This document shows positions 18,201 through 25,220 of a DNA stretch of 64,000 nt, in pieces. Where the stretch lies: positions 5,055 to 69,054 of the forward strand of contig JBGAOY010000012.1 of NCBI GenBank assembly GCA_044221555.1, written 5' to 3'. This stretch comes from Acidimicrobiales bacterium. Its GTDB lineage: Bacteria; Actinomycetota; Acidimicrobiia; Acidimicrobiales; DATDAH01. Both the position numbers and the translations under genes were made by a program. Below the pieces are notes generated by a model. It searched no databases, was not told the origin of the DNA, and worked only from the letters and a program-made list of their open reading frames with translations. Position 1 is the stretch's first letter; the number at the start of each line of letters is the position of its first letter.

Positions 18201-19614
18201 GCAGGGCCCGAACCCAGACGTCGCGCATCGGTACGACCAGCACCCACGCGGCGACTGCCATCTGGACGGCCAACCAGGACACCCCGGTGGCGGTCACCCC
18301 GAACACGGGCACCATCACGGCGCTACCGACCAGGAGGCCGGTGCACGCGACCGCGTACAGGCGTACGACCGCGGCGATGCGCCGCTGGGCCCGCTCCACG
18401 TTCACGTAGAGGATGCTCACGACATAGGGGATGGACGACAGCGCCATGAGGCGGAGCAGCGGGCTCGCGTCGGCGGCGTACTGGCTGCCGAAGATCGAGA
18501 GGATCACGGGCGCCCCGAGGGCGACCACCAGTGCCGCGGGCACGACCAGCACCAGCGACATCGTGAACGCCCTACGGGTATTGGCCTCGAGCTGGTGGGC
18601 GTCGTGGGCGGACTCCGCGACCAGGGCCGAGCCCACGGCGCTGGGGATCAGGTAGAGGGTGTACGCAACCGTCCACGCGAGGCTGTACCAGGCGTTGGCC
18701 CGTGCCCCGGCGAGCGCGAGCACCAGTAGGGGCAGACCGTCGATGGTCAGCAGCCACACGGTGGATGCCGCATAGTCACCGGCGGAGAAGCGGACGAGAT
18801 CGCGGAGCGTGACCTCCTCGCCCGAACCCGTCGCGCCTCGGCGCAACCAGGTGAAGATCGGGATGTTGACCGCGACCACAACCACCAGCAACGGGGCGGA
18901 CCACGACACGTAGATGCCCCATTGCGGCATCGAGGTGGTGAGGGCGACGAGCAGCGCCAGCTTGGCCGACGCGAACAGTGCGTTCTCGACGGGGAGCCAC
19001 GACGAGCGGCGCAGGCCGATCAGCACGCTGTCCTGGAGGATGAACAGCACCCAGAGAACGGTCGACACCAGGAAGAACGCCGCGCCGGGGGACTGGTCCA
19101 GCAGGGTGAGCTCGGGGAAGAACCGGCCGTGGACCGCGACGAAGAGCGCGGCCGCGACCAGGGCGATGGTCCCCGTGACGGCGTAGGACACGGCGACGAC
19201 CCGCCCCACCCGGTCACCGAGGCTCGGGACGAAGCGGATGAGCGCGGTGCGCAGCCCGAGGTTGGCCACCGCCGCGATGAGCTCCATGGACGCGAGCAGG
19301 CCCGCGGTGGCGCCCACCGCGGCCGGCGAGTAGCGACGGGCGGCGAGCGACCAATAGGCGAGGCCCAGGACCGAGGTGACACCGGCGCTGGTGATGAGAT
19401 GCGCGCCCGATCGCACGAGGGGCGAGTCGCGCTGCAGGTTCAGGCGGTCGCGGAGGCTCGGCCGACCGGCGCCGCCGGCGATCGCATCGCCCCGGGTCAC
19501 GTCGATCGAATCCAACTGGCCCCCGCCGTTCTGTCTACCGCGCTGCCGGAATACCACGCTCTGTGAGCTAGATCGTCCGAAACCGACCTGAGTTGACCCT
19601 CCAAACTCGGGCAT
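15289..19614 (-). CDS. giant fusion protein: Wzx/PST-like polysaccharide flippase domain + APH-type phosphotransferase (kinase) domain + second polytopic GT-C-like membrane domain with soluble C-terminal tail
   Basis: Track ORF 15289..20055 trimmed to ATG 19614, because the upstream part crosses a low-GC intergenic region and overlaps gene 19720. The N-terminal multi-TM region resembles polysaccharide biosynthesis/flippase proteins (ITSAGVTSVLGLAYWSLAARRY...LGLRTALIRFVP). The kinase motifs are VLKLP, HGDVSPAN (nt 17577..17554) and VDWE. A Pro-rich linker is followed by about 10 or more hydrophobic segments and a ~140-aa soluble end. Confidence 0.8.
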   Translation of the reverse strand: MPEFGGSTQVGFGRSSSQSVVFRQRGRQNGGGQLDSIDVTRGDAIAGGAGRPSLRDRLNLQRDSPLVRSGAHLITSAGVTSVLGLAYWSLAARRYSPAAVGATAGLLASMELIAAVANLGLRTALIRFVPSLGDRVGRVVAVSYAVTGTIALVAAALFVAVHGRFFPELTLLDQSPGAAFFLVSTVLWVLFILQDSVLIGLRRSSWLPVENALFASAKLALLVALTTSMPQWGIYVSWSAPLLVVVVAVNIPIFTWLRRGATGSGEEVTLRDLVRFSAGDYAASTVWLLTIDGLPLLVLALAGARANAWYSLAWTVAYTLYLIPSAVGSALVAESAHDAHQLEANTRRAFTMSLVLVVPAALVVALGAPVILSIFGSQYAADASPLLRLMALSSIPYVVSILYVNVERAQRRIAAVVRLYAVACTGLLVGSAVMVPVFGVTATGVSWLAVQMAVAAWVLVVPMRDVWVRALPTPMIRWIGAPAGRLADRRCRREAAAIIPGLLRVARPDTTSWSLLHVTTDVAIARLSPPTGPELVLKLPRTHEAELSRRREMATLVALRGDPRTKRWAVAAPALVDHGTVGPQAWSVETMLHGLAGGPALEGGMSPDRLLAGAGELLLGLHRATGELTTVDDRLLRMWVDEPAALVVAACPDAAPGLADLTRTLHRVLAGRAVTVALTHGDVSPANLVVERSGRVAGLVDWEIARSERLPELDLVGLIAGLRAQLRTEEFGEVVLALLQRPWNEDEIAVLDRGPNSHLPRPALVLLAWLHHVAANLGKSGQYEANRVWIARNVLTVADALAMPTEATPAPVPTGAPALGEELVNAPARGTVDRRVPSGPQGPTDPDDPSSPSRVPASATSALAPDRPRDHRWRRHTALAAWAVPPVAVLMWFAGVAGVDPRSLTDTGLVSGIRPVGYLAVATLALGFALALARRPFPEGLVATHVGALAVVLFATPAVIYPTVRYSWAWKHMGIVDFIGRHGAVDPGIEVLPIYHNWPGFFAGSHLLQTWMGADDVTVVARWAPLVVTLATVGGVCLLAGTFTTDRRVVWLTAWIFLLGDWVGQEYFSPQALSYLLYLVAVSLAVRVSRARGTRAPRSGSPDLTVLVVILLTIAIATSHQITPAMLCVALIALTVSRRAHLLVVSLVAVVVTVTWALWGAADFVVANVKMVLEGFGSPMANAEGSLVDAGKVSGGQALVALAGRGVVAVIALLAAVGMARAWRRDREATMTMAVLGAAPLVILATNEFGGEILFRVYLFALPVAAWFGAQAILDIPRMRGRLAAVAPLVVSLVLLPGFLLAHFGKDGHYVFTHQELAAAEWLDDHAPPGSLLIQGSSNYPVQFRNYEYFRYVPLDTETLASREGIARHPVGTMVRWMSDPDDTDAYLLITRSQEREAEAMGYRPDHFLEDMEDRLMASGRFDVAYRNRDAVVLTLAGRDS

Positions 19615-19636
19615 CGACAGGACAGTACACGAGAAA

Positions 19637-19665
19637 TTCCTCAAGTTCCCACTTAGGGTGACGAT
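19637..19665. promoter_or_regulatory. conserved ~30-nt motif, copy A, at the head of the giant-gene operon
   Basis: TTCCTCAAGTTCCCACTTAGGGTGACGAT versus TTCCTCAAGTTCTCACCTTAGGTGGTCGAT at 28319..28349. The first 12 nt are identical. Both lie in low-GC divergent intergenic regions just upstream of minus-strand glycan genes. Confidence 0.5.
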
Positions 19666-19719
19666 GAATAACACCCTTCGCGCTCGACTACGACCACTCC
19701 ACGTGATATCCACGTCGGT

Positions 19720-22254
19720 ATGGCGAACCGATGCAGCACGATCCCCCGGACGGTGGCGGCCGTCGTGGCGGTGCTCAGCATCCCCGCGGCCCTGGTGGCG
19801 TCGACCGAGCCGAGTGCCGCAGCGGCGACCATCGTGTCCCGAGGGGCGACCCAGACGGCATGGGCGTCCGAGTCGACGGCCGCGCTCAGGGTCCAGCCGC
19901 CTCCGACCGCTCAGGCCGGGGACCTGCTCCTCGCCACGCTCGGTGTCGGCAGGACCGGTGCATCGAGCCAGCCGGTCCTCACGGCCCCGAGCGGGTGGAC
20001 CCTCGTCTCGCGCACCAACCAGGGCGCGACCGCCACCCTGGCGGTGTACCGACACACGTTCGTGGCGGGCGAGACCACCTACACCTTCACCTCGAGCTAC
20101 TCGGTCGGCGGGGTGGGGTTCGTGGTCGCGTTCGGCGGTGTCGATGCCACCCAGCCGATCGACGCGTCCGCGGGACGAACGGTCGGCAAGGGCACCTCGG
20201 TGCCCACGCCGTCGGTGACCACGACGGCTCCGGGAGACAAGGTCGTGGCCGGCTACTTCGGATACCGCGGGTCGGGCGGCCCGCGCTGGTCGGCCCCGTC
20301 CGGCCTCACCGAGCTGGGCGACATCGGGAACGGCAGTCGGTCCGGCTCGATCGACGTCGGCGAGCAGGCGTCGGTCGGGTCCACCGGGGCCAAGGCGGCG
20401 ACGGTGGACGGCCGCATCGAGTACGGCATCGGCGTCATCGTCGCCCTACGCCCGGCCACGATCACCACGACGACGCCGCCGGTCATCAGCGGCCTTGCCG
20501 CAGGCGGGGTGACGTCAGTGTCGGCGGTGGTCACGTGGACGACGGACCAGCCTGCCGACTCGCGAGTCGAGTACGGCACCACGACGGCGTACGGGTCGAG
20601 CACGTCGACCGACGCGACGCCGGTCACCAGCCACAGCGTGATGGTCTCGGGCCTGGCGCCCGACACGACCTACCACGTGCGAGCGGTCAGCGCGAACACC
20701 GCGGGGCAGTCCACCGCGAGTGCCGACCTGACCGTCCGCACGCCGGCGGGACCCCCCTCGAGCGGTCGGACGCCGCTGATCATCGACACCGACATGTTCA
20801 GCAGTGCCGACGACGTCGGCGCGTTGGCAGTGGCGTTCGGGCTCCAACTCCGCGGCGAGGCCGATGTGATCGGCATCGCCCTCGACACCCGGACCAGCCG
20901 CCCGGCCGTGGCGACGAACTCCTGGCGTTGCGCTGCCGCGATCGCGCAGTTCTACGGCGACCCGACGGTGCCGATCGGCACCCACCTGCCCAACAACGGG
21001 AGCGAGGTGAACACCATCGACTGGATCCGCCCGTGCGCCCAGCGGGCGGCCTCGTCCACGCCGACACCCAGCGACGCGCTGAGCATGTACCGCCGGGCGC
21101 TGGTCGCCCAGCCCGACACGAGCGTGGTCATCGCGTCGGTCGGGTACACGCAGAACCTCCGCGATCTGCTCGACTCACCGGCCGACGCCATCAGCCCCCT
21201 GTCGGGTCGCGACCTGGTCGCCCGGAAGGTGCGCAACCTCGTGATCATGGGTGGGGGCTTCCCGGCCTCGGCCGGCGAGAACAACCTGGTCGGGGACCCG
21301 GCCGCGGCGAAACGGGTCGCCGGCGGCTGGCCCGGCCGCATCGTGTGGTCGGGCTACGAGGTCGGTGACGCGGTCCAGACCGGCGCGACGATCTCCACCG
21401 TCCACCCGGCCAACTCTCCCGTGCGCATCGCCTACGAGGCCTACGTCGGGCCCCGCAAGTGGATCGACTCGTACGACCTGACGGCCGTCTACCACGCCGT
21501 GCGACCCACCGATCCGGTGTACGGCCTCGTCGGCCCCGGGACGAACGTGGTCAGCAGCACCGGGGCCAACACCTTCACCGCGGGGGCCGGCAACCAGTAC
21601 TACCTGAGGCTCCCCAACGATCTCGCCGCAGAGTCGAAGATCGAGGAGTTGCTCGACGTCCTGCCGGGGGCCACGAGCAGCGGTCCTGTGGACAGCTTCT
21701 CCACCGGCACGATCGACCCGGCCCGGTGGAACGTGGGCGGCAGCGGCTCGACGGTGGCCGCAGCCAATGGGCAGCTCGAGATCGCCCATGCCGCCGGGGC
21801 GTGGACGAACGGCTCGCTGACCACGACCGCGACCCACGACCAGACCGGACGATCGGTGCAGCTCCGCGTCCGGCGGGCGGCGAACAACGGCCTGGGCGGC
21901 TCGAGCTTCGGCGAGACATCGATCCGGCTCCAGGTCGACACATCGCACTACGCCGAGTTCTTCGTGGCCGGCGGGGCGATCTCGGCCTGGGTCAACCAAG
22001 GCAGCGGCGCCTCGAACCTGACACCGAGCTGGCCCGCCTACTCGTCGACGACGATGCAGTGGCTCCGGTTTCGGGAGTCCGGGGGCCGGCTGTACCTGGA
22101 GTACGCCTCCGGCTCGTCCGCGCCGGGAACCTGGCAGGCCCTGGCGTCGGTCGCCAACCCGTTCCCACTCAACGCCGTGCGCCTGGCCATCATCGCCGGC
22201 GCCAACACGCCCGTGACGGACGTCGCACAGTTCGACGATGTCTCGACCTACTGA
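19720..22254 (+). CDS. secreted multidomain protein: unknown N-terminal domain, FN3-like domain, inosine-uridine nucleoside-hydrolase-like domain, C-terminal lectin/LamG-like domain
   Basis: Signal peptide VAAVVAVLSIPAALVAS. FN3/PAP-like VVTWTTDQPADSRVEYGTT...YHVRAVSAN. IUNH-like N-terminal motif LIIDTDMFSSADDVGALAVA. High GC3. Confidence 0.8.
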   Translation: MANRCSTIPRTVAAVVAVLSIPAALVASTEPSAAAATIVSRGATQTAWASESTAALRVQPPPTAQAGDLLLATLGVGRTGASSQPVLTAPSGWTLVSRTNQGATATLAVYRHTFVAGETTYTFTSSYSVGGVGFVVAFGGVDATQPIDASAGRTVGKGTSVPTPSVTTTAPGDKVVAGYFGYRGSGGPRWSAPSGLTELGDIGNGSRSGSIDVGEQASVGSTGAKAATVDGRIEYGIGVIVALRPATITTTTPPVISGLAAGGVTSVSAVVTWTTDQPADSRVEYGTTTAYGSSTSTDATPVTSHSVMVSGLAPDTTYHVRAVSANTAGQSTASADLTVRTPAGPPSSGRTPLIIDTDMFSSADDVGALAVAFGLQLRGEADVIGIALDTRTSRPAVATNSWRCAAAIAQFYGDPTVPIGTHLPNNGSEVNTIDWIRPCAQRAASSTPTPSDALSMYRRALVAQPDTSVVIASVGYTQNLRDLLDSPADAISPLSGRDLVARKVRNLVIMGGGFPASAGENNLVGDPAAAKRVAGGWPGRIVWSGYEVGDAVQTGATISTVHPANSPVRIAYEAYVGPRKWIDSYDLTAVYHAVRPTDPVYGLVGPGTNVVSSTGANTFTAGAGNQYYLRLPNDLAAESKIEELLDVLPGATSSGPVDSFSTGTIDPARWNVGGSGSTVAAANGQLEIAHAAGAWTNGSLTTTATHDQTGRSVQLRVRRAANNGLGGSSFGETSIRLQVDTSHYAEFFVAGGAISAWVNQGSGASNLTPSWPAYSSTTMQWLRFRESGGRLYLEYASGSSAPGTWQALASVANPFPLNAVRLAIIAGANTPVTDVAQFDDVSTY

Positions 22255-22294
22255 ACCGTCTCGACCTACTGAACCGTCTCGACCTACTGAACCG
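22240..22294 (+). repeat. perfect 18-bp tandem repeat x3 (TCTCGACCTACTGAACCG) containing the stop codon of the preceding gene
   Basis: Units at 22241..22258, 22259..22276 and 22277..22294. The gene's TGA (22252..22254) lies in unit 1 and recurs in frame in units 2 and 3. Confidence 0.95.
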
Positions 22295-22338
22295 GCGGCA
22301 CCGCCGTGGGCCCGGTGCTCAGGTGTCGGTGTACTGGT

Positions 22339-23262
22339 TCAGGTACCGGCACTCGACGAGGGGTCGGTGCTCCAGGGGGGTTGCCAGACCCGGATCCAGT
22401 CAGCGCGCACGGCGGCCGGGAACACGGTCGTCGCGTCCGGCGGCCCGGGGTAGTCGCCACCGACGGCGAGGTTCAGGACCAGATACATCGGCTCGCTGGG
22501 CACCAGGTCCCCCGTCACCTGCCAGCGGGCCCGGCCGTCGACGATCCAGGTGATCCGGTGGGGTCGCCATTCCACCGCGAAGCGGTGCCACCCCTCGGCC
22601 AGGTCGGGCCCGCGGAAGGTGTGCCCCAGTGAGCGATAGACCGCGCCCTGGCGGTAGTGCAGGTGGAACCGGGCCGCTGTCGTGTCGTCATTGATGGTCT
22701 CGAGGACGTCGATCTCCGGTGTGGAGTCCTCGTCGGCGGGCAGCAGCCAGAACGCGGGCCACAGCCCGGCACCTGCGGGGATCTTCAGACGGGCCTCGAC
22801 ATAGCCATAGGTGAACGTGTAGCGGGCCGGTCGGCCCTCGACGCTGTACGCGGGGCCCGTGGTCACCATGCCGGACGTGTACTCGAACCGCCGCCCGTCG
22901 GGGACCTCGATGTGCTCCGGTCGGGCCTCGAGCCGGAGGCGCCCGGCGGACACGCTCACGTTGCCCGGCCGGTACCACTCCAGCTCGTTGTTGGTGGCGA
23001 TCGTGCAGCCGCCGTCGACGGCCCACCAGTGGCAGTCGTTCCACCGCCCGGGGGCGACCCGTTGGCCGTCGAACCCGTCGCTGAACGCCAGGTGCCAGGA
23101 GGCCGGAACGGGTCGGACGGTGCCGTCGAGCGTTCGACTCGTGATCGTGGGCTCGATTCCCGGAGTCGCACGGAGCCGGCCGCCTGCCATCACGAGGGCG
23201 ACGAGGGCGCCGGCCACCGCGAGCGTGAAGCGCCGCCGGCGGCGCCTGCGGCCGGTACTCAC
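22339..23262 (-). CDS. glycoside hydrolase family 16 (beta-glucanase/laminarinase-like), exported
   Basis: Catalytic motif EIDVLE within DSTPEIDVLETIND. N-terminal RRRRRR plus a hydrophobic signal-like segment. Confidence 0.85.
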   Translation of the reverse strand: MSTGRRRRRRRFTLAVAGALVALVMAGGRLRATPGIEPTITSRTLDGTVRPVPASWHLAFSDGFDGQRVAPGRWNDCHWWAVDGGCTIATNNELEWYRPGNVSVSAGRLRLEARPEHIEVPDGRRFEYTSGMVTTGPAYSVEGRPARYTFTYGYVEARLKIPAGAGLWPAFWLLPADEDSTPEIDVLETINDDTTAARFHLHYRQGAVYRSLGHTFRGPDLAEGWHRFAVEWRPHRITWIVDGRARWQVTGDLVPSEPMYLVLNLAVGGDYPGPPDATTVFPAAVRADWIRVWQPPWSTDPSSSAGT

Positions 23263-23295
23263 GTCTCAGGCCCCAGGGGCTGGTTCCGGGAGCGC

Positions 23296-24393
23296 CTAGT
23301 CCTCACGGAACCCGACGATCGACTTGACCGCGCTGCGCAGCGCTCGGTCGGTGCGGGTGATCGGGAGGCGCTCGACGCGGTAGTCGAGGTAGTCCACCGA
23401 GCGGGCGCCGTAGTGCTCCTTGTAGCGAGCGAGGGTGGTGGACGTGCCGCTCTCGCCCAGGTGCAACACCTGGCAGCCGGCGCGGGCCGCGTCGAGGATC
23501 GCCTGCCACTGGATCAGGAAGGTGGCGCGTGTGGGTGCCGCCAGGTCTCGGTCCATCGCACCGCGCGTGTCGTGGGCGGTGTTGCCGAACAGGACGATCT
23601 GGCCTGCGGCCGGCACGTCGTCCACGTACGCGAGGTAGAGCCGGAACCGGTCGCCGAGGCAGTGGGCGATGGTCTGGAGCTTGGCCAGCGGGTCACGGCG
23701 ACGGCCTCGCCACCGGGCCATCCAGACCGGCTCGTGGCTGCTGGCGGCCCACCGTTCGAGCGACCGCTCGTAGAGCCGGTAGTAGTCCGCCAGCCGATCG
23801 CCGTTCGCGTCACACTCCACCCGCAGTCCGGCCTTCTCGGCCTTGCGCAGGGCTCCGCGGGCACTCGAATGCATGTTGGCACGGAGCGCCTCCTCGCCCA
23901 CCGTGAGGTCGAGCACGTGGGCGCGCTTCGTGGTCGTGAGCACCGAGGACGGCGCGCCGGTGGCCCACAGTCGGGCTTCCAGCGGATCGGGTCGGATCCG
24001 GGTGAACACGTCTCGACGCGACTCGAGGTCGGTGAGCACCAGGCGCACCGCATCGGCGTCCTTCTGGGGCCCGACGAGCCCTCCGAACCCCCAACCCTCG
24101 GGGAAGGACGCCGACACCCCGGCCACGCGAGCAGGGCCCGTGCGTCGGATCAGCGGTAGGACGAAGCGTCGGCCGTCGGAGAGCTGGTAGAGCCGGCTGA
24201 CGTCGCGGTAGGGCGCGCTCGCGACGATGGCGTCGGTCCACTCCGGCGAGTGGTCGGCCATCGATCGTGGGTCCTCACCCACCAGTGCCGACCACACCTC
24301 ACGGGGTGCCGGTGACACGACACTGTCGATGGTGACCGCAGCGTTCGGGCGCGACGGGGCGGCGCCCCCCGGAGCGGCGTCGAGGAGTGTCAC
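23296..24393 (-). CDS. FemAB/CelD-like GNAT-fold acyltransferase (BioF2-like acetyltransferase domain)
   Basis: Track ORF 23296..24867 trimmed to GTG 24393..24391, which overlaps the upstream TGA (GTGA). The C-terminal half (LYLAYVDDVPAAGQIVLFGNTAHDTRGAMD...LHLGESG...LARYKEHYGA) resembles FemAB/CelD-type acyltransferases. Confidence 0.7.
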   Translation of the reverse strand: MTLLDAAPGGAAPSRPNAAVTIDSVVSPAPREVWSALVGEDPRSMADHSPEWTDAIVASAPYRDVSRLYQLSDGRRFVLPLIRRTGPARVAGVSASFPEGWGFGGLVGPQKDADAVRLVLTDLESRRDVFTRIRPDPLEARLWATGAPSSVLTTTKRAHVLDLTVGEEALRANMHSSARGALRKAEKAGLRVECDANGDRLADYYRLYERSLERWAASSHEPVWMARWRGRRRDPLAKLQTIAHCLGDRFRLYLAYVDDVPAAGQIVLFGNTAHDTRGAMDRDLAAPTRATFLIQWQAILDAARAGCQVLHLGESGTSTTLARYKEHYGARSVDYLDYRVERLPITRTDRALRSAVKSIVGFRED

Positions 24394-25220
24394 GCGGCGC
24401 TCCCGAGCCGGGCGCGGGCCCGGCGGACATGGCGCCAGGCCGTGGAGCGCAGCCGTGGCGACCCGCCGGTGGCGGTGGGAAGGCCGATGCCGGCCGCCCA
24501 GCCGGCCACGGTCTCGGCGTCGTCGCCCCGCCGAACCATGACACGACTCAGCGCGAAGCGGTCGTCGGCGGGAGAGCTGAAGGCGTGCCGCACACCGCAG
24601 GCGGAGCGGAAGCCGGCGTCCACCACGAGCTGGCGCACCCGGCGGTCGTGGTAGCCGTGGGGGTAGGCGAACGTGTCGACCGTCCGGCCGAGCCCGTCCT
24701 CGAGGCACGACCGGCTCCGCTCGATCTCGGTCCGGGCCCGTGCGACCGGCACGACGTCGAGTTGGGGGTGATGCTCGGTGTGGGCGCCGATCTCGATCCC
24801 TTCCGCGGCGAGCGCCGCCAGATCGGGCCACCCGAGCATGGGTCGAGGCGCTCCGGCGCCCATCCACGTCGCCGTCCCGCCCACCGCTCCGGTCGTGACG
24901 TAGAGCGTGGCCGGCCAGCCATGGGCGGTGAGGGCCGGGAGGGCACCGGTGGCGAAGTCGGCGAAGCCGTCGTCGAAGGTGATCGCGATCGTGCCGGGTG
25001 CGACGGTCTCGTGGGGGGAGGTCATCAGCTCCACCAGTCGGCCGATCGTGACCGGTCTGCAGCCCACCGCCGACATCGCGTCGAGGTGCTCCGCGAACTC
25101 GGCAGGTGCCACGACCCAGGGTGCGGCGGGCCCGTCGACGTCGTCGGCGATCCCGTGGTACAGCAGGATGGGTATCGGGCCGATTCCCGCGATCGTGGGA
25201 CCCGGCTCAAGGCGGTTCAT
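24390..25220 (-). CDS. polysaccharide deacetylase (NodB/CE4 family)
   Basis: NodB motifs ITFDDGFADF and GAHTEHHP. ATG 25220..25218 overlaps the upstream TGA (ATGA). Confidence 0.85.
   Translation of the reverse strand: MNRLEPGPTIAGIGPIPILLYHGIADDVDGPAAPWVVAPAEFAEHLDAMSAVGCRPVTIGRLVELMTSPHETVAPGTIAITFDDGFADFATGALPALTAHGWPATLYVTTGAVGGTATWMGAGAPRPMLGWPDLAALAAEGIEIGAHTEHHPQLDVVPVARARTEIERSRSCLEDGLGRTVDTFAYPHGYHDRRVRQLVVDAGFRSACGVRHAFSSPADDRFALSRVMVRRGDDAETVAGWAAGIGLPTATGGSPRLRSTAWRHVRRARARLGSAA

Noticed and set aside
19615-20055. N-terminal 147 codons of the longest version of the giant ORF.
   Set aside because: This stretch crosses the low-GC intergenic region and overlaps the well-supported divergent gene starting at 19720. 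The translated segment is Arg/Gly-rich, so I trimmed the ORF to ATG 19614.
22240-22294. Whether this and the other tandem repeats (30562-30716, 63757-64000) are CRISPR arrays.
   Set aside because: The repeats abut each other directly with no unique spacers. Unit lengths (18, ~89 and 88 bp) do not fit CRISPR architecture, and no cas genes are present.
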